Source of the DNA: Basidiobolus meristosporus CBS 931.73
Lineage: Eukaryota; Fungi; Basidiobolomycota
Reading direction: 5' to 3'
NCBI GenBank assembly: GCA_002104905.1
Contig: MCFE01000403.1
Location: 1 to 64,000 of the forward strand
Length of the DNA stretch: 64,000 bases
Positions 12,913 to 24,500 of the stretch are shown here, piece by piece. The notes under the pieces were generated by a model. The model was not told where the DNA came from. It searched no databases and was given only the letters and a program-made list of their open reading frames with translations. Both the position numbers and the translations under genes were made by a program. The first letter of the stretch is position 1. Every line of letters begins with the position of its first letter.

Positions 12913-13605
12913 ATAAAGCAAGAAAAGCACTGCTCTGAACAATATAAGTAAGATGGAGTAAAGTTACCAGTAACTATATCCTACCACTGGCATTATGGTA
13001 GAAATTATAGTGCCAGATAATGCTAGATCAATCCAGCACTATAAACAAGCTGGCACTATGTGGCACTATCCAATGGAACAAGTCAAGTATCCCAAGAATA
13101 GCAGGAACTATTAAAGACAGAAGAACAAGAGTGCAAAGGCTAAAAACCAGTGGCTTCCTCAAGACCCGGACACAAGCAGGGCCAAAAGCTCCAAACAAGT
13201 GTCAAAGAGGTATCAGGTAGCTGGAAGAGTGCCAATAAGGGAAAAGCAGGCAGACACAGTTGCACCAGCACCACATTTACCAAGGAAAGAGCATAGCTCT
13301 ACTCAAGAAGCACTCAGTCAAAGAAGCAGTGAAGGACCTGGTAGTGATAAGAATAAGCAGCTACCTCAGGAGCCCATCACAGCATGGGCTGAGAGCTTAA
13401 AACAAGCAGGAAAGAAGCATCAGGTTGCCAGGAGAGTGCCAGCAAGGGACAAGCAGGCCAAAACAAATGCATACAAGCCATATTTATCAAGGAAAATAAA
13501 TAGTTCAATACAAGAAGAACTCAGACATAGTAGCAGTGTAAGACCTGGCAGTGATAAAGGAAAAGGTAAAGGAGAAAAAGTCTACCCAGCCCAGAGACAG
13601 GGATG

Positions 13606-13781
13606 AGTGAGAAAAAAGCTGCAGCTTAGATATTCAAACTTCTCTCTAGCTAATGGTTTAGGAAATATTTCTGCACTTATTTCATCTGTAGGACAGCAGG
13701 TTAAGCTAACTAAGTTGCTCTCTATAGCTTCATGTATGAAATGATTTTCAATATATATGTGCTTAGTTCTAGCATGAAAAG
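13606..13781 (-). pseudogene. pol: Ty1/copia RNase H C-terminal fragment
   Basis: FHARTKHIYIENHFIHEAIESNLVSLTCCPTDEISAEIFPKPLAREKFEY. Confidence 0.85.
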
Positions 13782-14309
13782 TGTTATGAATAGTCACAAG
13801 GCAGGAGAGTAGAGATAGGCAAGGCAGGACCAGGAAAGAACTTAGATATGGATCAGCAAGCCAAGGCAGATTTCCAAGGCAAGACTGTTTATTCAAGACT
13901 TGTGTTTATCAGACTGAGGAATACATAAGGGGGGATAGAGTAATATATACTTTTTGGCAATATGGATGCTAAGAGATATTGGCTAGTACTGATTGGGTTT
14001 TGGGGTGAGGAACAGTAGGTGAGCTAAGATAGAAATATACTAAGGAATAGAGTGGAGCATCACATGAAGATATGACATGAATCAGGTGGTCATATGCCTG
14101 GGTCAGTGATATGCAGCTACCATATATGGCATTGAGCTACATGAGCTCCAAAGGGATGCTTCTATAGAATATTCCATTGAGTAATACTTACTTGGAGCTT
14201 CCCAGAAGTTGCTAGAATGTAGTAGAACTTTCTAGAAGGAACTGGGATTTCTTCACCAACTTGATATGGTCAAATCATAAAGAATCAAGGATGTAATGTG
14301 ATCACAACA
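13782..14309 (-). repeat. 3' LTR of chromoviral gypsy D
   Basis: TG...CA termini; homologous to 16155-16669 in the opposite orientation; lies directly downstream of a chromodomain remnant. Confidence 0.75.
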
Positions 14310-14511
14310 ATACTGTCCACTTCTGAGAGGCTTTCCTCAAGCTTTTGGCATTGGCTGTATAGGGTAGGCCAGGTGAAATAGTGCAATTAGATCTTGGCAG
14401 CTGGTTAGGTTTGTTGCTAATTCCCAAGTTTGGTCATTTGAGCCATAATCAACCCAGTCTACTATTTAGTGAGGCTAGGATCTGATGTATCTTGAATCTA
14501 GTACCTGTTGG
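14310..14511 (-). pseudogene. Integrase C-terminal chromodomain remnant (chromovirus-type Ty3/gypsy)
   Basis: EVQQVLDSRYIRS*PH*IVDWVDYGSNDQTWELATNLTSCQDLIALFHLAYP resembles EVE.ILD.R....QYLVKW.GY....TWEP..NL....LI..FH..YP. Confidence 0.75.
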
Positions 14512-16154
14512 ACCTCAAACTCTTGGTGTTTGACTACTTGAATGGCTGAAGGATTTACCAGGTGTTAGTTGGGTAGAGTACTTTGATGGGGTATCTCCAT
14601 TACAGATAATAATATGCACTTTTGCTTGAGGGCCATTTACTGTTATCCTGCTGGAATGCATACAAAATCCATCCAGCAATGGATACAGGTAGCTATCCAG
14701 GTTAGACAGTGCTTTAGGCCCAGATACCAGTGAGACTACCATCAGATTATTGCTCTGATACCATATGATGGGTGGCAGATTCAGCTTGATGCAAATCAGG
14801 GGCCAGCAGGATTTGCTGGTAGAGTACTTTTTTAATGAGAATCCATCAAAAGCTAAATCAAAGGCATGGTCATACATACCTTCAAAGTAGCCCTTGCTTC
14901 TTAGCTGTTTCTAATGTTTGCCATCAAACTTATTGGATGTATTTGTGCTTGATTGATACTGAGTGCAGTACTGCATAGCCTTGCAATTTTTGTCAGACTG
15001 CATTGGCTTCCTCAGACAAGGTATGACCTGGATATATTGAGAGTGTAAACAATGTTTTCCTTCAATGGTGGTGGATTCCTGACAACTTGGACATGTTGCA
15101 ATGGTAGTATTTTTGGATGTCAATGCCATGCAACTGTTAACGCATGCTGGAACCAGGACAGTCTCTGGATCACATGTTGCCATCTGCATGACAGTTGTCC
15201 ACTTGTACCATGTACATGGTAAGTTGCATCCTGGTATGATTTTGGCAAGAATTAGTAATATATCATCAAAGCTCCCATCACTGATATTAGTGGAAACATG
15301 CCACTTCTCTAGCCACAACACATCATCATTCACCAGTACATGGACTACTGGGCTCACTTGGCTCCATAAAATATCCTTGGCATTTGTTTCAACAATTGTT
15401 ATCTCATGGCATATAGGGATTTGACTGGGCTCATACATGGTACTTTTTCAGGGGAGATAAGCTCAAAATACATTAGTGAACCTTCTTTGTCAGAGCTATC
15501 ACTCTGCATGCCATATTCAGAAGGCTGAGGTGAGGCTAAAGGCAACACAAACTCACCTGACTCAGTTTGTGCAAGGTGACAAAGAGAGCCAGGTGCTGAC
15601 ATAGAAGTATCAACTGGCCGGCAAGATAATGTTGGCACAGTGGTGACTGATGAATGGTCAAATATGACTTGGGTGGCAATACACTGGCCATGATCCTTGT
15701 AATACTTCCTATGCTGTCTGTGTGCTTCATGGCTGAAAGGCTTGCCACAATAGTCACATGATCTTTTTTCTCTTCTCTTGCAACATTGAGTCAAAGTAGT
15801 CTTATCCATGGGGAAAACATTTTAACCTTCAACAATGTAACACTATTATATCACTTTTTGGTCAATACTCATGGGAACTTAAGACAGTCTTGTATTTGAG
15901 ACATCACACCTACATAAATGTAAGATTCAGTGATGACCCACCATAGCAAGCATTATAAATAAGGTGGTGGCACCACACACACAGCTATATGTAACACTAT
16001 TTCCGTTTTGGTTGCACTCACTTCCATGTATATGCTACCAAAAAGTAGAGCAAAGTTGTCTGGTTCCCAACCAAACCCTGTTGCTGATAGCAACAGAAGA
16101 ACAGTTGGACAACAGCATGCTTTGACATTCAGTGCAATAAGTGGGGCTCTGACC
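14512..16154 (-). pseudogene. CACTA-like transposase copy 2 (5' half), intergenic region and start of ORF2
   Basis: CDYCGKPFSHEAHRQH; ACVNSCMAL; AFDGFSLKKY..WPLICIKLNLPP..YQSNNLMVVSLVSGPKALSNLDSYLYPLLD. Colinear with copy 1. Confidence 0.85.
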
Positions 16155-16669
16155 TGTCATGATCACATGACAACCATGAGCACCCATGCCAAGTTTCAGC
16201 TTCCTAGCTCAAAGAGATTCCTTCTGGAACCTTCTACCACCTTCCAGAAAGTTCCTGACCATTCCAAACCATTGTTACACAATAGAACATTCCATGGAAG
16301 CTTCCCATCAGATTTTTCATAGTTCAGTACCCTATATGGAAGTACCAGGTCACATGACTTAGTCACATGATCAGGTGACTCAATCCATTTCCCCATCCTG
16401 TCTCAGTGCCTTGCCTTCTATATTATTATCCCCAGCACTACTGCTGTGCTTCACCCCACAACCCCATTAGTATTAGCTAATATCTCTTGGCATCAGTATA
16501 GCCAAAAAGTATATTTAGTCCTATCCCCCCTTAAGTATTCCTCAGTCTGATAAACACAGGTCTTGAATAAACAGCCTTGCCTTGAATCCTGCCTTGCCTT
16601 GATGGTCCACACCTAAGTCCTTTCCTGCCGTGACTAGCTTTTCCTCCTGCCTTGTGTCTATTCATAACA
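16155..16669 (+). repeat. LTR D (solo or recombinant)
   Basis: TGTCATGATC...ATTCATAACA. The flanks (tgacc / catgg) do not form a TSD. Confidence 0.75.
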
Positions 16670-17735
16670 CATGGATCTGATGAGTTGGCACATAAGACTT
16701 AGGTCATGTGTAACAGGTACTGACACAGGTACTTGCCTAATGTAGATACATATACAGATCACAAAGCTGAATAACAACTGGGATAACAAATGCTAATAAC
16801 TAATCAGGGTAAAAATCACATGGGGATAATACTAATGATAGGGGCAAATGAAGAATGGGATAATGCTGATAAGATAAACTGTGGATAAGTGCAACATGAT
16901 AGCTTTATGAATAAACTTGTCTGTGGGAGGTATGTTTGCCCTACCACAGTGTTGTGGATGTGATGAGTTGGCACATGGAGGACAGGCAGGGAGAGTTGGA
17001 AAATACTGAGGACAGATGTGCACATGGAGACACCTATGCCTATGCCATTAAGAAGCTAAGCAGCCCCAGTGCATGGGTAATAAGTTAAGTAATGCAAAAC
17101 TTGGTTTGGTGCAGCAAGCAACTAATTTTTATTAGGAAAACTCTACCACATTATGCCAGATTTCTCTTGGTCACAAGCCAACTCCTACACCATTGAAATT
17201 GGAATTCACACAAACAAGAGCCCAAACACACCATAGGGGGGAATAGACTCTAGCAGGAAGAAGAAAAATATTGGCCAAGTACCAAAAAGGTTTTTCTGGA
17301 TATTTAGGAGGTATTCTTGGCAGAAGTGGTGGCAACCAAGCATATGTTTGCAAGATGTATATGTTACCAGCTATACAAGGTATATGACAACTGTGCAAGT
17401 ATCACACTAAGAAGCTGTAAGTTAATGTGCTAGAAGTATGTCAATTGCGGCAGGTGTACACAGTTGTTGAGGTTAGTAAACAGGAGGCCATAGTATCTTG
17501 TGATTCACACTTTATGTAGAATACCCAAGTAAGTAGTGGGTAAGCAAATAAAGAGGGGTGACTCTACAGTGGAATATATGAATTGCACAAGGGGAGGTAG
17601 AAAAATGCAATACCACTTGGTAAACTGGTATAGTGGCATTATAAAGAGCTAGCTGTAGGCTGCCATACTGCTGTGATAATGCCATCAGAGGCTTGATGAC
17701 CAAAATATTTTCATAGGGTCTGCTAATGATATTTA
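16670..17735 (+). pseudogene. CACTA transposase 3' fragment carrying the same truncated B2 insert (~16695-16948)
   Basis: Inverted paralogue of ~4330-5392, including both junctions of the B2 fragment. Confidence 0.8.
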
Positions 17736-17759
17736 TCATTTCTTATCCTGGTAACCTCT

Positions 17760-18089
17760 TTGTAGTAAGGAATCATTGTCACAGATACATTTTCTTGGCA
17801 GCTGAGCATCACCAGCATTGAATTAGCAATTTGACTTTGACATTGAGACAAAAGCATTTAGAGACACTTTAATCTTTCTTCTGGTACCTTAAGAATTCCT
17901 CACCCATGTTTTTAGTAGGGCATACTTCTCACATGACAATATCCCAAAGACCTCTTTCTTTTAGCCGCATCATCATCTTTATCTTCCCCACTTGGTAGTT
18001 AGAACCATCTAGCTTTTCAGCAGTTGGAAAAATTCTGGTAATAGTAGCAGTAGACAATGCAGAGAGTGACAGTTTGGGGCTCATAACCT
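17760..18089 (-). pseudogene. gag: copia-1 PBS and gag 5' fragment
   Basis: aggttatgagcccc followed by MSPKLSLSALSTATITRIFPTAEKLDGSNYQVGKIKMMMRLKERGLWDIV. Confidence 0.85.
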
Positions 18090-19303
18090 TTTGCTGTGGA
18101 ATTAATGGCCCTCTACACAATCTTATTATGGGTTTGCAATCACATTCTACTGATTCTACTTCTGAATGAAGTTAAAAACTTGAGAGCATTTGCACAGTCT
18201 TTTGACAATAGTTGCATGTCACTATAATGATCTTCATGCTCTCCACATTATTTGAGTAAATCTATTGTGTTGTATTATGATTAGTTTGGGGCTTGTTCTA
18301 CAATGTAGAGACTAATCAACAATATACAACAACTTCCAGTATGCTAATACTGAAATAGTTTATTGGGAGTTTGATATACCAATAGAAGATATAACTTTCA
18401 CTAATATCCTCAATCTTGGGCTCAAAATATACTGTAGGCAGTGTTTATCACTTCTACAGCAGTGTTCTGACCTTCTGTCAACTAATGGGCTTATTTACTT
18501 TTCTAGTAACTTTTCCTTATTTGGAAGTCACTTTCCTTTCTGAGAAAATATTTCCTAATATGGAAATTCTGAACTCCCCTTTAACTCAAAGGGGTGTGTT
18601 GTAGAAGTCTCTAAAGGGGTCTTTAGACTAAAGGGGTGTCTAAAGGGGTGTCTTTAGAGTAAAGGGGTTTCTTAGAGGGGACTTTTCCAACAGAAAAGTG
18701 GTAGTTTCTTGTAGAACTTAGATTGGATTCTTGTGAGCTTTGCAGTCTCTTTACTGATGTAGTACCAATCAAAGTCAGAATACTCAACAGTGCAAGTGAT
18801 GCAGGGGAAGTCTTATAACCTTTAAACTTGTAACCGTAGTGTGGAGATTCTGGAAAGAGAGGCTCTCTCTTTATTTTTCAGCTGGGGAAGTCATATATAT
18901 GAAAATTTTGAAGAATCAAAGTTTTTGGGCGATTGCGCAAGCAATACACGTGATCCAAAGCTAAAATCTTGCAGTGGCGCAGATCGGACATAGGCGCAGC
19001 ACCTGTGAAAATTTCACATGATTTGATTGGCTGGTTCAAAAGTTACACACAATCAAAGTCACCATAGTAATCCTAGCAATAAGGCATAGTATATATAATA
19101 GTTGGACTCTTTTGGTCATAACTCCTTAAGTACTGCTTCAAATGAGCTGTAATTTGAAACATGTGTTGGCTACTACGTGTTCTGTATGACATAATATTCT
19201 TGGGTGGATTGCTTGTCAGGGTCTGGAGCATTTGTTCATCAAAGTTGGAAATTCTTGATCTTTCACTTGTGTGTTACAATAGCAAAAAGCAAAATAAAGA
19301 AAT

Positions 19304-20035
19304 AGACTTGTTCTGTTGGATAGTGCCACATTGAGCCATGAGTGCCAAATGATGCCATAGTGTGCCAGAGAGGTAAAGTGAGCCTCTACCTGGCCACAGA
19401 GTGTGAAACATAGCTCCGCATCTTCATGCAAAGCAGCCCCTGTGTTTCACCCATTGTGCAGGAGAAAATCCATTTTTTGACCTTTTTTTGTGGATCAATG
19501 TAGCTGAGGATGTGTAAGAGCACAGGAGAACTGAAGATATGCATCTGGTACTCAATACCCATGGCACTCTGAATCTAGCTCCTGTAGCTTGTATCATGTC
19601 ACAAAAATGAATGGCACTATCTTGGTCCACTGGTACTATCTGGCACTATATTTAAATATTAGCCCTCAAGTAGATCTATACAAAGCACTTATAGTGCCAG
19701 ATAGTACCAGTGGACCAAGATAGTGCCATTCATTTTTGTGACATGATGCAAGCTACAGGAGCTAGATTCAGAGTGCCATGGGTATTGAGTACCAGATGCA
19801 TATCTTCAATCTGCTTGTGCTCTAACACATCCTGCACAACATTGATCCAAAAAAAAAGGTCAAAAATGGATTTTCTCCAGCACAATGGGTGAAACACAGG
19901 GGCTGCTTTGCATGAAGATGCGGAGCTATGTTTCACACTCTGTGGCCAGGTAGAGGCTCACATGGCCTCTCTGGCACACTATGGCATTATTTGGCACTCA
20001 TGGCTCAATGTGGCACTATCCAACGGAACAAGTCT
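19304..20035. mobile_element. Fold-back / MITE-like non-autonomous PHIS derivative (732 bp)
   Basis: Inverted arms 19304-19649 and 19691-20035 around a 41-bp spacer. Same TIR as the PHIS copies; TSD AAT (19301-19303, 20036-20038). Confidence 0.92.
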
Positions 20036-20039
20036 AATG

Positions 20040-21599
20040 AGTGCAATATTGGTTTAGAGATATTGTAGTAATGGAATACTTTCCATTACCACAGATCTAA
20101 CCAGCTAATGCATCCAATTGCCATTCACAGCAAGAAACCTAGTACTCTGACTGCCTCATTGCAAACTTCTGATGGCATTGTAATGGCAGTATAGCAGCCT
20201 ACTGCTAGGTCTGTATAATGCTAACATACCAATAGACTAAATGATATTGTCTCTTTTCACCTCCTCTTGCATCATTTATATACCACAGTAGATTCACTCC
20301 TCCTTATTTGCTTGCCCACTACTACCTTGTGTAAGTCACATTTAGCTCAAATCAAAAAAACTATGGCCTCCTGTTTATTAACCTCTTCCTAGCTTAATGC
20401 ATACTGCAATTGACATACTTCTATCACCTTAACTTCACACCTTTTTGGTGTGATACTTGCAAATTGCCATTTACCTTGTATTACTGGTAGCATATACATC
20501 TTGCAAGCATATGCTTGGTTGTTGCCTCTTTTGCCATGAACACCTCCTGAATATCCATAAAGAACTTCTTAGTACTTAGCCAATATATCACTTCTCTCTG
20601 CTGGATTCTAATCCCCAATATAGGTTCACTCCAGCTCTTGTTTGTGAGAACTCTGTAGTGAATGATGTAGAAACTGGCCTGAAACCAAGCAAAGCCTGGC
20701 ATATTTTGGTGAAGTTGTCCTAATAAAATTTAGTTACCTGTTGTGTCCAGTCCAACCTGGCATTACTTGACATACCCTGCATCTTAAGTATTTCCAGCTT
20801 CCAAATAATCTCATATTCTGGCTGATTGCTTATTGGTTGCCAGCTTTGCTACAATTACATGATGACTTTTGTGAGTTCCCTCTGTGAGAAGAGGATGTTC
20901 CTAGTGTTGGTGTTCTGATAATAATCATGTATATGAATTATGGGGTAAGTCCCCAGGATCTAAGACATTTAATGACAGTGCCATCCATAGTGCCCAGAAA
21001 ACCTGGCTATTTTTCTGATGGCTGGGGTATTACAAATGCAGAAATGCTATGTGTGTTGATATAACAACTATTTACTAGTATGCAGCTGGAAAGTGTACTA
21101 AATGCCTTCAGCAATAAATATAGGTAGCTATCCAGGTTGGTCAGTGATTTGGGCACAGATACCAGCAAGACTACCATCAGAGTTCTGCTCTGTTATTGTA
21201 AGATTGGTGGCAGATTCAGGTTGATGAGAATCATTGGCCAGCAGGACTTTCTGGTAGAGTACTTCATTGTCTTTACTCATATAAGTCTAAGTCAGTCTTA
21301 TATTTGAGACATTGCACTTACATGAATATGCATTTCAATGCTGACCTACCATAGAAAGAACTGTAAATAAAGTTGTGGCACTACATTCACATTTATATTG
21401 AATACTATTTCCCCTTTTGCTAGACTTACTATTATATGTATGCCTGGACAATAGCTTGCTGACATTCAGTGCAAGCTGGGCTACATCCACAAAAGGCCAT
21501 GTTGACAGTGCGCCCACCCAAGGTAATAACAAGGACTCTGCAGGCTCACTGTCAAGTAAGCAATTGAGAATATCTGTGGAGCTGCAAGCTGAACAGAAT
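20040..21599 (-). pseudogene. Internally deleted CACTA derivative (transposase 3' end, core fragment, intergenic region, start of ORF2)
   Basis: ~20150-20790 matches ~4370-4990; ~20790-21270 matches ~6030-6510; ~21290-21599 matches ~8640-9010. Confidence 0.75.
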
Positions 21600-24500
21600 A
21601 GACTTGTTCCATTGCACAATGCCAGGGTGTGTGGTGCAATCTGAGGTGGTAAAGATTAGTCAGGCCCAATGCTGTAGCTACTAGTATATAGGATTGCTCT
21701 TGGACAATTCCACACTATCTGGGGTAATCTTGCATACTATAGCACAATTTGGAACAATAAGGTAGGCACCAATGATGGTGCCAGCTTGTAATGTTTGCAT
21801 CACATGCACAGTTGGATACCACTATTATGGTAAATAGAATCAGGTACTTCAGTATATTTTCTTCAATTTACACAGAAATAAATGCATATCACACCATAAA
21901 CTTCACCAATATTTACCATTTTAGTCACAATCACCCCAATTGGACAGAGTGTGAGTAATTGACTGGTCTAACAGTATCTTGAAGCTGTGAGCCCCAATTT
22001 ATTCATTGACCATTACACAAGCAACTTGATATGCTATCTAATATCCCATCTTGCCCACTAGACAGGTAAAGCCCTGATATTAGTGATTGGACAAGGTGTC
22101 ATTGCTAGAATACAACCAATTTGGTATGTGCAAAACAGACCAAATAACTGCACTGGTGCTACAGATATTGTAAATGTATACATGGTGTCTATCTTTAGGG
22201 GCTCTGCCTCAGATGTGAAACAACCTCAATATTGCTTATATCTTAATTTAGTGATCACCACTTTGCAATGACTTAATTTGGATTACAACAAAAATGCATT
22301 GTTTGGATCATCACAAATGATAGTTATCTTACCCAATTGCTTCATTTTCTTCTAGGGTTTTTTCTCACAGTGATTGCTACTGAGGCATTTGGTAGTGATT
22401 CACTTTGCATGCCTAAACTACTTCCTTATTGACAATCATCTTGACTACTTGGGTACTTGTAAGTCAGTGTTTTGCCTCTTGGTTGATGAGCTTGGTGCTG
22501 GAGCTTAGCTGTGCCCAATTGGTCTAGATGCTGTTATGCAGACAGCCTGAAGTGACACATACTGATAAGTTCTTTTAAATGCCTAAGGCTCCTGTGGTGG
22601 AAGCCTTTCAAAGAGTCATTGTCAGTCAGTGTACCAGGAGTACCTGCAAATAGTCAGGTGCAACTTGAAGAGTAGGCATGGCCCTTGGCTAAGTTTGATG
22701 TGATGCAACATGCTGACACAACCTGACCTGCTCCAGTGAACCTGTGCATGATCAAGCAGTCTGGTAAGTTCTGGTATATATGCACTGAACCATCTATATT
22801 GACCTGATGCATGGCACTCTTGTAAAGGTTATGGCCATAGATTAAACTGAAATGGGCTGGCATGCTTGTATTGCAAGGGATGATAGGAATTCATTCAGGC
22901 ATGCCAGTGCAATCTAAATGGAGTTGCCCATAGTGCGTATTCCGCCTCTTAAAGCGCACCTTCTGATTTCTTATGGCATCACTACCCTCTGTCTAATACT
23001 TTGGAGCTGTTACCTTGATGAGTCCTGTGTATATTGCTCTCAAAAGCCACGTAACTCTACCAATATATCAAGCAGGACATCAGTCAACTGAGGAAAAAAT
23101 TACTCACACCTCCTTGATTCCAAAGTTAAGGCACCAGCAAATATATCCAGTCTATACTGTGCAAATTCAGTGTGCAATTGTTTGCATGCAGCTTCCTCCT
23201 AAACTCCCCTCACTCTCCATTCATTCTTGATTTCAATACTTGTCTTACTATGTATCCTCTTACATATATCTACCAAAGTCATGATGTAGAACTCAAGCCA
23301 CCTCTTTATATGTAAATTGTTTTGTCTCTGTCAACTTGCTGAGGTATCCAGTTCTGCTAGATTAATGAGTGGTGCTTAAATATCTGTATGAAGGCTCATC
23401 ATAGACACTAAGGCCATACTAAATTGATGTGGTAAGAACTCAAATGGATCCAGCATTGCTTTCTCAGGTCAAGACCATGTTTGTAAGCTGGGGGATTAGC
23501 ATTGTATTGGTTGTGCTAAAGATGAGTTGAGGTTGGTAAAGGGACCAAAGTGCTGGATTGGGATACTTTTACAGTAGTATAATGGCTTCTATCTGGTCAT
23601 ATTTGAAATATATAGAAATTAATGTGTAAGTTGAGTTTTCTATATATTATGCATGATGAATCTTGAATTGCATTGACACTGATCAGAATTACATCAGTTG
23701 CAGATTTTCTATTTGATTACAGACTTATGAGTAGATCATCAATAAAATCACTAAGTCATTGCTTGTGGATGATTTTGCATCATAATGATAGGATAGGTAG
23801 CAATTGATGGAGATTTAATCAGCATGCAAGGAAAATGAATTAAACTATGCTGATTGTGTCAAATCAGTTCAAGTCACATCCATGTATTCACCTACCAATC
23901 TTAATATGGTTTGCTCTTCCAAAAGTTCTTTACCATTAATTCCATAACAACTGCTGGATTTTCTTTTGATCTATCCAAGGAGATCTATGCCAAGTACAGT
24001 GCATCATCCATACCAATCTACTCATGGAGACTCTGTGTCATGCTTCACTGATATTATAAGAGCCATTGCACTACAAGGTGCCACCCCACCATCCATGGTT
24101 ACAAAAGTCTTAGAAGCATTCATTCAAAGCTGACTGCAATGACAAACCACCTTGCAGAGAGTACTAATGACTTAAACAAGCTTGGAATACTCAGTTCAGA
24201 AGCTCCAATACACTCCATATTCTGGAGTGTTCAGCAACAGATTTCATATCAGGCATACTTTGGATACCTTCCAGTCATGATTAACAGACCTTTCAGAGGG
24301 CAGAAGCTCCAATTTTCTGGAAAATACAAGGCACATTGTGTGAGGTTTCAAGCACTGTCTGACTTAGAGTGTTATATATTTTGGCTCAGTGTGCCATTTG
24401 CTGGGAGTAGGAATGGCAAAGCACTTTGGGTGGAGAATCATCCCAAATTCTAAAGAGGGGAGATATCTATAACAGATTTAACTCACATAGGAGAGAATTG

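Larger units (their letters stand above)
9684..13085 (+). mobile_element. PHIS-superfamily (Harbinger/ISL2EU/Pangu-like) DNA transposon, copy 1, 3402 bp
   Basis: TIRs AGACTTGTTCCATTG / CAATGGAACAAGTC(A); 3-bp TSD AGT (9681-9683, 13086-13088). Carries a DDE_Tnp_4 transposase plus a divergent second gene. Confidence 0.9.
8874..13605 (+). pseudogene. CACTA-like ORF2 (unknown accessory protein), split by the PHIS element at 9684-13085 and 3'-truncated
   Basis: 145-aa open segment 8874-9311. The joined flanks ggtatgaaaagaa-AGT-atcccaagaatag match the uninterrupted copy at ~33020-33040. Oriented divergently from the transposase. Confidence 0.7.

Noticed and set aside
18140-18240. Possible BED/C2H2 finger (VTCNYCQKTVQMLSSF*LH) on the minus strand
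   Set aside because: Only a CxxC is present; the upstream W/F and the His pair are not convincing, and no adjoining transposase motifs were found.
18585-18683. TAAAGGGGT repeats as telomeric or CRISPR-like array
   Set aside because: Irregular spacing, only about six imperfect units, no unique spacers and no cas genes.
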